Positions 34,411-46,289 of a stretch of 64,000 nt of DNA are shown here, in pieces. Location: assembly GCA_002189035.1 (NCBI GenBank), contig NEEC01000011.1, positions 930,001 through 994,000 on the forward strand, given 5' to 3'. The first letter of the stretch is position 1; every line of letters begins with the position of its first letter. Source of the stretch: Utricularia gibba (taxonomy: Eukaryota > Plantae > Magnoliophyta). The notes below the pieces were generated by a model. It had not been told where the DNA came from. It worked only from the letters and a program-made list of their open reading frames with translations, and did no database searches. The translations under genes were made by a program, and so were the position numbers.

Positions 34411-36878
34411 GATTGGAAAAACCACTTACTCGTCCGTGTACTATTTTCAATCTCTTATGGATGCAAAAACAAGTGGAAAAAGAGGGTAAAAACCCATTAA
34501 AAAAAGGGGACAAAAATTGATCTCAAAGAATAGTTAAATTAGTTAACCACGATGGCAACTCTATCGGAAAACACTATTAGAAAATGAATGATATTTTAGG
34601 TGAAGAAAATTGACCATTTCTGCAACAAAAAAATAAAGAGATTAAGAATAAAAAAACTGTATTGTATATGTACAAAAAATGATACTAACCCCATAAAAAA
34701 TATTTAAAAAGTGGCCTAAGGGGTTTGATCCGTTGACCACGGTCAGACGGGCAAATCATTATTTAAAACGCTGCTTTCATGTAATCCTTGGGAGGTGACC
34801 CATTTTTTGGAAAGTAAAAATACAAATTCAGCCAAAAATTTAATACATTTTAGTGTAATTAATGCATTAATTTTTTTATATATTAATAATTATTTAATTT
34901 TTCTAATTTTATCAATCAAAATATTTTTTTAGGTAAATAATTATTTAATTTATTTTAGTAACTCAAAAAATATTCATAAAGAAATGAGATAATTACTCAA
35001 AATATAAAAGGAAACATCGTTCAACCTCAAGAACAATGTGCACAACCATGAAGAACCATTACAAGTTTGAAATCAAAAATAAAAATTTCAAGACGTTTCA
35101 TCGCCACCATAAAGATGGAGATAAAGAACAAAAAGAAAGAACTCGTTTCCCCCATCCAAAAATCTTCGCCCAAAATATTTTATTGCATGCAAGAATATCT
35201 ATTATAATTATCCTTCTCTCCTACTACTATATACTATGTACAGTTGTCACTATCACCGTGATGGACCCAATATGTCTCTTGTCTTTCAATATAAAATTTA
35301 CTCATTCCTTCGTAATTGATTAGTCCATTAAATTGATTTTAACTCTAGCCCTCTGCCCCTAGCTCAAGTATTCATCCAACACAAGTAAAAACAAAAAGTA
35401 AAAAGTGCAATAATACAAATATTTGTGTTTTTCTAATAAGAATATTTAAATACTTAGATTAACTCCAAATTGAGTCATACTGATATAAATTAAACAGAAA
35501 AACACATATAAAAATATATAGAAAATTACATTTAACATATTTCTCTATCCTTAAGTCATGCTTGTCTTCAATTATATATAAGTAACAGCAAACCATGAAT
35601 CAGATGAAAACTAAGTTATAAAACACAACCAAGGTAATCTTTTCCTTTCTTACTACAAGTATAACACTCAATTATGTTCTCCAATCCTTCTATTAAATCA
35701 AAGCAAAGCTACTTAAAAGGACATACATCCTAATCAGGGACTTGCACTAAACACTTCACAAAATTTCGAAAATATCTCAATTCAAGAGGGATAAGAATAA
35801 AAACTAAAAAAATTCAACTATGGTAAGTAATGTTTATGCTTTTCTAAAGTAACCCTTGTTGGACAAGACTTATTTGGAATATGAAACGTTATGTGTCTCA
35901 TATTTATTTTTTAACAATTTCGTCAAGCAAACCTTATTTTTTGGCATAATAAATCTTTTCTCTTTCTTTATTTCTTTCCTCTTCTTTTTTTGTTTTTGCA
36001 CTTTTTTTTCTCCTTTTTTTTCAGAAATTATTTTTTCCAGTCACTATATGAAAAACATAAAAATAGATAGCAACAAAAAAAAAGAAAATATAGTCAATGA
36101 AAAATTCCAAGTTGATCATAACATAAATACTTTTTCTGAACTATGTCTCTAAACTCTAGAAAAATGTGAAGTTTTTTTCTTCTAAATAACCAAATAGGTC
36201 CAAGTACCTAGTTATGAACATGTGTAAGGTAATTTTAATCATGAAGGCATTTGCAAAACTTCAGAAGCATGATATAGAGTAGATATAAAAATAAAAAAAG
36301 AGGTACCTTATTCATGAGTTGGCAGAGAGGAACCAACAATAGGGGTGTATACTTTAGTGCAGAATCAATGGAATAGCAGTTGCATGATTGGGTCACCCTA
36401 TTATTAGAGATAAAGAAGGGCGTGAGAATTTTGTAAGTTGTATACTTGTATGCCTATGCCTTTTGAAACATTTCCGGTGCTTTTGATAGATCAGATGGAA
36501 CTGTTAGGGCGATGGTCCATTTAGACAGGCAAAATCTAAGTATTTAGTGTTGAATAGGTTGATGTTACCGTAGAGAGCTTCGTTAGTGATATACAATTTT
36601 CACAAAAATTAGTTTGTGAAATATTTTATTTTTTATATAATTTTGTGAAATATCGTATATCACATTTTTAGAATTATCACATGTGATACTTTAGGTATTA
36701 TTTGGATTGATTGCTTATTTTTTTATTTTAAACACGTACTATGTATCATTCAGTACCATATAAAGTTTAATCATTCATTGTTCAATGTAGAAATTGTTGT
36801 GATTAATATACCTTTCTTACAAACTATGTAAGAAATGTAGAGTTCATTGTGATTAATATGTAATTATAAAATAGGTTT

Positions 36879-37107
36879 TGTCATGACCCACACTCGCCTT
36901 GCATGATATTGTCCGTTTCAGGTATTAAACCTCATGTCACCCACACTCGCTTTGCACGATATTATACACTTCGGGCATCAACCCTCACGGTTTTACGTTC
37001 TCCCCATCCGGGGAAAAGGCCTCATGCAAGATTGGCAGTATCCCTCTATTTAAGCACGTTCCCACCCCCGTCGGATGCATAACCATCACTAGGCCCCTGG
37101 CATTACA
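36879..37107 (-). repeat. Extra tandem TRIM LTR copies (one partial, one internally deleted)
   Basis: TGTCATGACCCACACTCG... copies at 36879-36934 and 36935-37107, similar to 37112-37300. Confidence 0.85.
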
Positions 37108-37111
37108 TAAA

Positions 37112-37577
37112 TGTCATGACCCACACTCGACTTGCACGATATTGTCCGCTTCGGGTATCAACTCTCATGGTTTTATGTTCTTCCCATCCGAGGAAAAGGC
37201 TTTATGCAAGATTAGGAGAGTCTTCTCTATTTAAACACATCCCCTCCCCTGTCCATAACCAATGTGGGATGCGTAACATCATTAGACCCTTGGCTTTACA
37301 TTCACCCCCTCTTAGATACTCAGCGTCCTCATTGAGTGCCACCTCATCCCACCCTTGGCACGAGCCCGGGTATGGCTCTGATACCAAATGTCACGGCCTA
37401 TACTTGCCTTGCACGATATTGTCTGCTTTGGGCATCAACTCTCACGATTTTACGTTCTCCCCATCCGGGGAAAAGGCCTCTTGCAAGATTAGGAGAGTCT
37501 TCTTTATTTAATCACATCCCCTCCCCTGTTCATAACCAATGTGGAATGCGTAACATCACTAAGCCCTTGGCCTTACA
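37112..37577 (-). mobile_element. TRIM (terminal-repeat retrotransposon in miniature)
   Basis: ~190-bp LTRs at 37112-37300 and 37389-37577. PBS TGGTATCAGAGC (37375-37386, minus) and PPT AGAGGGGGTGAA (37301-37312). ~90-bp non-coding internal domain. Confidence 0.92.
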
Positions 37578-38009
37578 GTTGATGCCCGAAGCGGAAAATA
37601 TCGTGCAAGGCAAGTGTGAGTCGTGATAGGTTTAGTGCTCAATACAAAGTATGGAGATGGATCGAGTTTCCTTTTATAAAGGATTAGATTCATTTCATTT
37701 CTGATATGAGACAATGACAGTGCTTGATCCCTATGTATAATGGGGATCGAGTAGTGATTAGGTTCATTTGTATTTGGTTTAGAGCTCTAGTAGAACACCT
37801 AATTATCTTTCACTTTCGATGTGGGCAGTCACAATGTTCAATTCACATGCATAATAGTGATCGAGTAGGGATTTTTATTTATCCCTCAATACAAATGCAT
37901 TTTATGGATTAAGTACCTATTTGTCTTTCACTTTTGAATTAGGATAATAAAATCATTCAATCCAAATGTATCATAAGCTTTTATTGAAAATTCAGGTTAA
38001 AACATATCA

Positions 38010-39000
38010 TAGTCAATGTTTTTGAGCAAAAATTATAAAAAAATCTGATAAATAAGAGCAAGAAAATGAAGTCTGAATACATAATATTTTACTGTTGTTT
38101 TTTTTAAGGTGTCTTTCAAACCATTTGTTATTGTGTCGTTTCTCTTTAAATCTATCTAGAATGAATTTTTCCGTATTTGATTTCCTTTTGTTGCTCATCA
38201 ATCTTCTTGTCTCTCTCAATTACCATGTTTTCGAGGGTGGCCAAAGTCACCTCATAACTCTCCCTTTCAGTTCATATATCTCAGCAGCAATGATCTTTAG
38301 TCACAACTCTTTCATCATTTTCTCGTATTGTATTTCTTGGTCGATGTATGCAGATATTCTTTTCTTCAAAAAAAAAAAACATGGACTTATCATCGCCTGC
38401 AACACACCATTACTTCATCTCCTTCCTTAAAACCTCCACTTCATTTGTATTCACAACTAATTTTTTTTAAGATTTTCAAAGTCTTGTGTTGTTGCTGTTG
38501 TGGAGAGTTCTTGAATTTTCTGGTCTCTGTTTGCAATGTCATCTGTATAGTTCATATTGATGTTCTCCATAGCAATGATATAATGTTTGAGTACTTCAAT
38601 TTTGTCATTAGTTTCCTATACACAAAATACAGAGCAACAATTCAAGTAGTGATTAAAATTAACAACCTGAAATGCATTTGAAATACACTGAGCAAAGCGG
38701 GAATAGAGTGAGGCAAACAGCAGTCATTTTACAATGTCACCGAACGGCAACATTTTAAACCAAACTTACTATATCTTGCATTGTAAATTCACCAAAAATA
38801 TTAAATTAAAACCAACAAGCTCACATCATGTATTTCTTTTTAATCTTCAGTCTGTGTTCCTTCACAATGTATCGCAACCTGTTCTTCTTGATGTTTGGTC
38901 TATGTTCCTTCGCTACGTACCTCATGTCACTCACTGAGTGGTTTATTTTGCATCCTTTCTTCAGTGCCATGTCATAATAAAGGATCCTACTTCAAAAAAA
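38010..39000 (-). pseudogene. Degenerate spliced gene remnant with coiled-coil segments (unknown family)
   Basis: Acceptor-bounded pieces encode ILYYDMALKKGCKINHSVSDMR, ETNDKIEVLKHYIIAMENINMNY and RESYEVTLATLENMVIERDKKIDEQQKEI. Confidence 0.3.
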
Positions 39001-39869
39001 TTTAAATCACAGTTTCAGACCTGAAGTATACTAATATTTGTTCCATTGTTAGAGACGGTTTCTGTTGATGCGCAATTGGCTTGAATATTGTAATATCCAA
39101 TTTTCCTTTTTTGCTTCCCTTGGGTGATGAAACATGATCTGATTAAAAATGTCACTCTTAAATTCCATGAATTCTTTTGAACCTTGCATCGTGTTATAGT
39201 TATTCAATGATTTATGTAAAATTTAACAAAAGAAAAAACAGATTTACCTTTGAGTTTTACATGTGTTGTGAGTTGGGCAATCAACTATGCCGGGAAATTT
39301 TGTAAAATACCCTTGTCAGATAAATTTTATTACCCATATACCCTTCCCTCGTTAATGCATTTGTTATTTACCCTTTTTATCATTTTTTATTGGCAATTTA
39401 CCTTAGTTAGTGTATTTCTTTGTGTTTTACCCTTTTTTACATTTTTATTAACAATTTACCTTCAACTTTCATTTATTTTGGCCATTTACCTTTTTTATAC
39501 ATTTTTTTAGTAATTTACCTTAAGTATTCATTTTTATTGATAATTTAGTTTATTAGCCATTTATTATATTCGTTCAAAAGTAATTGACATAAATAATAAA
39601 TAACATATATAGTATTGTTAATCAAATAAAGATTAAATATTATATTATATTTAATTATATATATATATATATATATTAAAATAATCAAAATAAAACATTG
39701 TATTTGAATAATTATTATCAAGTTCAAAATATAGATTAAATAAAAATTAAAATATTATAGTTATTTAATTATATAGATTAAACTAATCAAAATAAAATAT
39801 TATGTTTGAATGGTTATTATCAAGTTCAAAAATGTAAAAATGCATAAATAAATAATTTATAAATCAACA

Positions 39870-41318
39870 TCATTTCTTCTTGTCCTTCCTTGATAGTCCA
39901 AAATGCCGTCCCAACCATCCAAAATGAGATTTTTGTGATGATCTCAATAATGAATCAGATGGGACGGTCATAGAAGGAAATGTGAGCATTGATGGTTGAG
40001 GATGCCACAAAGAATTTCTAGCATCAGTATAGCCTGAGTTATCAGGTCTACTACTTTCTCCTTGATATGATGAATGTCTGGATGCTTGTGATCCAACATG
40101 AGAATCATAGGGCAATAGGATGTTATCTCGTCTTCCAACATGAGAATCATCAGGAGGATTGAATCGTGGATAAGTTTCATAAGCAGAAACGAGTCCTGAA
40201 CCACGATCACTTATCACACAAACTCCCTGTCTTCCACGGACTACATGTATATCCAACATTCGTAAAAACCATGCCCAATCAGATCCAGACTCCCCCGGGA
40301 CTATTGCATACGCGATAGGACATACACAGTTATTAGCATCAACAGCAACAGCTACCAGGAGCTTATAATTATATCGTCCATAAAGATGAGTGCCATCAAT
40401 ACATAAGACCGGACGACAATAATGAAAGGCATTCACTGAAAATCCATAAGCCCAAAATACACGATGTAGTAAATTGATACCATCTTCACCCATAATAGAC
40501 TTAAATTTCACAATAGTTCCAGGATTTTGTTTACGCACCTCCATAAGATATCGTGGGAGATCCGGAGTTGATGTTTCCCATGAACCATATTGTAATTCAT
40601 ATGCCCACATTAAACAAGCCCATGCATGCCAGTATTTCACTTCATAATGGAATTTCTCATTAATGATCATCATAACTCCCTTAGCTTTCAATTGAGGGCG
40701 TAGTAGAGGAACTAACTGAGGAGCAATATATTTAATGGACAAGTTGACATGTGTATTATTGCCCAATTCTGATGTGATATCACATGTATGAGGATGCACA
40801 AATTTAGTAATTTTCAACGTACCCGTCCATTTCTGAATATCCGCACGCAAGTAGAATGGACACATGAATTTTTCAGAGTGAGCTTGAGCACAATATATCC
40901 TATATTGAGCATTATCATTCTTTTTCACCTTAAATTCCCTTTGAGCCACAGAAATATGATATTTCACAACCGCATCATTTAAGCTTTGTCTATCTTTGAA
41001 ATGCATACCTTCTCGTAACTCCATTCTTTCTTCATTGTAGTAATCTATTTCCATTGATGTATCAAAACTATCTACATAATAGAAGTCATCTTCATCATGA
41101 TGAAAAGTATTTTGGTTGTTTGACTGTAAGGTTGAATCATATTGTTGATGTAAATTACTAGGAGATTCAAAATCTTGATCCTCAATAATATCTTTAGGAC
41201 TAGGAATTTGCTCATCAGTTGAATTCTCAGACAAATGATCAAAGTCAGCATATGAATATTCAGGAAATGTATGATCCTCTTCATCATCATATAAATAAGA
41301 GATTCTTTGAGAATTCAT
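39870..41318 (-). CDS. Open 482-aa MuDRA-like transposase ORF, C-terminally deleted/fused
   Basis: MuDR domain (LREGMHFKDRQSL) and MULE core (RPVLCIDGTHLYG..LLVAVAVDANN..PIAYA..WAWFL..VISDRGSGL), then an abrupt switch to a Ser/Pro/Asp-rich tail. No HRxC motif or SWIM. Confidence 0.8.
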   Translation of the reverse strand: MNSQRISYLYDDEEDHTFPEYSYADFDHLSENSTDEQIPSPKDIIEDQDFESPSNLHQQYDSTLQSNNQNTFHHDEDDFYYVDSFDTSMEIDYYNEERMELREGMHFKDRQSLNDAVVKYHISVAQREFKVKKNDNAQYRIYCAQAHSEKFMCPFYLRADIQKWTGTLKITKFVHPHTCDITSELGNNTHVNLSIKYIAPQLVPLLRPQLKAKGVMMIINEKFHYEVKYWHAWACLMWAYELQYGSWETSTPDLPRYLMEVRKQNPGTIVKFKSIMGEDGINLLHRVFWAYGFSVNAFHYCRPVLCIDGTHLYGRYNYKLLVAVAVDANNCVCPIAYAIVPGESGSDWAWFLRMLDIHVVRGRQGVCVISDRGSGLVSAYETYPRFNPPDDSHVGRRDNILLPYDSHVGSQASRHSSYQGESSRPDNSGYTDARNSLWHPQPSMLTFPSMTVPSDSLLRSSQKSHFGWLGRHFGLSRKDKKK

Positions 41319-42250
41319 ATAGTCATAAGGGCCTACATGATGAAAATATATAATAATTAGGTGCTTATGATAATATTTAATGAATCAAATATCAGATAAC
41401 TAATTTATGGTATAGTTGAATATTGTAATTTTTAAAATTATTTAGAAATTTACATAGTTTCTGATTTTTACTTTAATAATTTACTCATTATACAAAAATC
41501 TTTTATAAAAAGATACATTTTTAATGATAATTATAAACATATCATTATTTGAGAATTTTATCAAAACTTATTAATTATTATAGAGCAAAGAATTTAAAAT
41601 ATAAAAATTTCTAATTACATTAAAAGTAATTATTTTAAATTTAGTGATCAAAGAATTTTATATTTTAATATCATATTTTTTACAACTCTATCATTCAATA
41701 TAAAGAAAGAATATTTATTATTTTCTACAACCAAGAAAACAAGTGATCTTTTTATTTTTCTAATGTTTTTTCAGCTTTATTTATTACTAAAAAATCAATA
41801 TAGATGAAGAATTGATTAGATTTTCAAGGCTAGTTGCAATTAAAATCATAAAAATGAAAATTTTATATTTATTGAAGTGATGGCTAGTTTAATTACATGT
41901 TTGGGTAGTTCTAAATTTTCAAATCAGACAAATGAAAGTTCTCTAATATTTGAAATCAATAAAAATTTATTTTAACTATTCAATCCAAAAAATATTAAGA
42001 ATGACCATTTATTTGATATTATTTTAAACACTACCAAATCTATATATCACCTTCATTGTAAGATGGAATAACATTTTCTGGTTGCTCTCTTCTTTTGGAT
42101 CCACGATTCTCTAATTTCTGTTTAGCATGAAATGAAAAAGATATAATGATTATAAGTATAATTGATTTTCTAACAAAAATCAAGATGCTACAAAATAAAT
42201 GTAAAAGAATCACATGACCTTCATAAAAGGGATGAGATTGACTTCCTTCA

Positions 42251-42374
42251 CCGCAATGCCCCTTACTAGCTATATGGAACGAAAATCCAATATCTCTTCT
42301 TTGAACAACCCTCCGCAATGCCCCTTACTAGCTATATGGAACGAAAAGCCGATATTTCGTCTTTGAACAAACCT
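42251..42374 (+). repeat. 62-bp tandem duplication
   Basis: CCGCAATGCCCCTTACTAGCTATATGGAACGAAAA... at 42251 and 42313. Confidence 0.9.
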
Positions 42375-45300
42375 ACGGGAAGAATAAATGTTAACTAGTG
42401 ACCCCTATTTCCCCCTATTTAAAGCCTCCAAGAAACATAGGAGTTAACGTCATTCATTTAAAAATGACATAATTATTAACGCCATGTAAAAAAAAAAAGA
42501 AATAATATTTAAGAAGGACATAGTTATTCACGTCATACAAAAAAGAAATGAAATAATAATTTTTAAAATAGAAAGTAAGGTAAAATACAAATAAAATACG
42601 AAAATGAAGGTATATTACCAATTATGTTGAAATTGTTAAGGTAAAATCTCATTACATCCTTTAGTTGAGGTATTTTAAAAATAGTTACAAAAGATCAGGT
42701 AAATTACCAATTAAATTATAAAATTAGGATAAAATAATAATAAATTTCAAAAATAAGGTAATACGAAAATTTTTAAAAAAAATCAGGGCAGATAACCTAT
42801 TATCTCCAACTATGCCTGCTTATATGTCTTATCTGCAAGTTCTTTTTTTTGCATGTTTACCTTCCCAATATCAGGAAGAAATTTCTGATTCTTGTAGGAT
42901 TTCACTTTATCCGGACATGTTCAGGGGAAATTCCATTAAGCTTTAACAGGTGGTGTAATCCATAAAAGTTTCAATTTTCATTTTGGAAAATTAGTGATAG
43001 ACCACTCGGTGAATGACATGAGGTACGTAGCTTTAAAGAAAATACCAATTAACATGCTCAAGTTATAATTATGATATGAATTTTAAAGAAAATACTAAAA
43101 ATTTTCAGATACATTTGAATCGATTCGATAAAAAAAAATAATTTATACATTATTAATGAATACCAAATCAGAAGGGTTTGACTTTTTTCCCCTATTTAAG
43201 TGTTATTAGTTTATCAATCTAGAAACAATTGCATCATATCCTTCTTCCACACAGAATAGAAAAAATGCCTAAAGTTGGATAATTGAAGCAAGGGTGATCA
43301 TACAAGGGGCATGCAAACAAAGTTAAGCAATTAAATGATGAAATGGAAGAGTGGAATTCACAACCCTACGAATATTTTTCTCTGCACCAGATATACAATT
43401 TAGAAGGTTTTGTCGAGCAGGATCAGTAAACTCGGTGCCTAGGGACAGATTATCAAGGCCACATTCGCTTGGAATTTGGTATTTCACACGAATTCTCTCA
43501 GTGTACTAAATCCATAGATATGTTCATAGTTTCTAACCCGAAAGGGCTGATTGGTGGCGCCATTGCAAAGCATACGCTAAATGGGAGGTTACTTTTGCCT
43601 CAAGTATGCGGATAAATTGGGTTACTATAATCAGTTAAAATCCTATAGAGCTCCATTTAGGCATTCATCATACAATGATGAACAATGGAGTCACATGACA
43701 CACCCTTCTACTACTGCTGCTAGAAATTTGATATCGCATACACCATCATCTTTTCTCCCATCCTCATGAATGCTAATATAAAGAAGACACACAAAAAAAA
43801 AAAAAACAAATTCACTAGAAAAACAATCATCGATGCCCTCACATCACGCTTGAAGAAGAGGTAATTTGTAAGATGTTTCGGATTTTATCTTCCACATGGA
43901 ATTACATTTGAAACAATAGTGTATTGACAACAAAAACAATGGTGTCAAGTACACGATACATATTACATATTTTGATTGACCATTAGCTTTACTTACATTA
44001 TTTAGCATTGAATGACTTGTATTACATGTTCAAAATAAATAATAAATATACATTTGATCCTATTAATGATTGATGATCAAATGAGTGTAATACAAGTTAG
44101 TCATGAAGAACAAATAAACATTCAATATCCAAATAATTCAAAGCATCTAATGATACGTAATATAACCAATAAAATATAGATCAAATAAATATTGGATCAA
44201 AAATATTCAAAATGATTGAATGATGTGTAATTCGAGAAATTAATAAAAATGCCTAAAAATTGAATGTCAGAATTCTAACAAAATGGCAGAGAATATTTCA
44301 CAAAGTATATAAAAAAATAAAAGATTCCACAAACAAATTTTTGGGAAAGTACTATATCACCAATTTCCTCAATTCTAGAGTTCTACGGTTGAGAGCTCAA
44401 TGAAGTCAGTTATAGCCATCTGCCTATTGTGAGAAAATATCCTAAACGTGCTCTATTGGATGAAATTTTTGAATTATATCGTGCAATTTTGAAATATAAC
44501 GGTGTTTTGCTCATGGTTCATTTGATTTCCTCTTCTTCATACACATTTGATATGATGTGAGAGAGTAGTTTCAAGATGTTCTTATTGGTATTGACCTCTA
44601 TTTAAATGCTTAAGTAGAATTTAGAATATTCCAAAAAATTGAATTGAAACTATAATAAAACATAGAGTCTAAAAAATACTTTTTTTGTATTTTTCCTTTC
44701 TCAAAATAAGATAATTCAAGTAAACTTTCATGATTGATTCTAAATAGGAAGGCTTTGATTGTAAATCATAATTGAATCTATGAAAGCATTGGTTTATATA
44801 TTTCTTTTAGTCTTGATATTAGGGATAATTTTTTTGCCATCTTTTTTCGAAAACCATCTAACGTTTTAACTAAAAAGCTGAAATAATTTTTTATCATCTC
44901 GATTAAAAGAAAGCTCATAGCTTCAACTACTCCCTACGCTCTTTAGTTGTTCAAAGCTTGCACAAAAGCGATATATACGGCACAATGCCTAAAACTTGCA
45001 ACTAAACCCAAATAGAAAGATCTATTTTTGCTGTTTCCATATATAATTTAAAGCCCCCAATGAATTCTCATAAGATCGCTTATTTACAATGGAATGGTAT
45101 ATAAAGCAAAGAAATCTCACTGAATGCAATGGGGTTATATGTATGGCTACCCAAACTGGTCAGAACAATTCCAATTAAACTCAACACTAAATAATATGGA
45201 GGGGGTTTATTATGCATGAAAATTTGGATTTTTTTTTTGAGTAAGAAAATTTCAATTGGTTTTTCTTTATATTGATTGATTGTTGAAAAAAGGAAAGATT

Positions 45301-45734
45301 CGTTCTCTTGCAGTTTTCAAGATAATCAAAGTTTTTATTAATTTGGGTTCAATTAATAATTTTGAAGAGTTGCTAAAGCGGGTAAAAGTTGAAAGCCAAG
45401 GGGGCAAGGTGGGACATTGAAATTATTATGAAAAACTGATACTTGATCATTATAATCTGATTCCATTTCGAATACATGAATGGTTATTTATGTAGATACT
45501 CGATTTTATATTTAGATTAAGATATGAATTTAATATTTTAAAATTTGATCAATATGAAAAAGCTGCCTTTTTCTGTTATTTATGTTTGCATGAAATTGGG
45601 TGACAAGACAAGATTTATCCTTTTATACCAAACCTTTCTGTCCATATTTTCAAGATATATTTCCCCATTTTGGGAAGAGGTAGACTGACTCCCTATGTAT
45701 AGTGCTGGAGCATGGTGAAAGGTAGAAATGGAGC

Positions 45735-46080
45735 CATATGCGGTAGTGGTGCAAGGACATGTACCTCTTGGGCTCTAGGGCTAGCACTCATAGTTTCATA
45801 GGTCCCTTGGGCATCCTTGAGATTCTCTGAATTACCTTAATCTTCAATCAGGTGTGATAGGACCCTTCCTCAATAGAGGCTCCCTTCCACATTGAGTTCT
45901 ACTTAAGTGATAGAAAATGATGTCTTCCCCTAGGACACTACCTTTTTGGACTCGAGACCTAACTTGTTATTCTAGGGGTTCAACTTGGTTATGGGTGGAG
46001 TAGTTTTGAAGCAATTAAGGGTACTCACCAAGTATGTCATGTATGCCACCTTTGAGGGAACTCACCTAACGCATAGGTGA
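45735..46080 (-). mobile_element. Gypsy LTR 3' fragment related to 58639-59918
   Basis: Shares GCGGTAGTGGTG..GGACATGTACCTC..GGGCATCCTTGAGATTCTC with 58640-58800. Confidence 0.6.
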
Positions 46081-46289
46081 TGTCCCAAAGTACAATAATA
46101 TTTGTCATGCTAGAGGTAGAGATACTATGATTGCACCTACTTGTATCATCCCAGATTTTTAAGCTTCGGTTAAATGTATCAGATGGATGCCTTTGCATGG
46201 CCTCAAGCCTTGAAAGGGTGAGGAATCCCTTCTCATGCTTTTCCTATGGCCCAACACATTTAAAGCTAGGCTGTGGTTCCTGTTCCATC

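Larger units (their letters stand above)
39292..42807 (-). mobile_element. MULE deletion derivative with poorly matching termini
   Basis: 9-bp TSD AACTATGCC at 39283-39291 and 42808-42816. Ends GGGAAATTTTG... and (rc) GGAGATAATAGG... Internal MuDRA-like ORF. Confidence 0.85.

Noticed and set aside
36879-37577. Cassandra element (5S rRNA-bearing TRIM)
   Set aside because: No 5S rRNA-like A/C-box core recognised in the ~190-bp LTRs.
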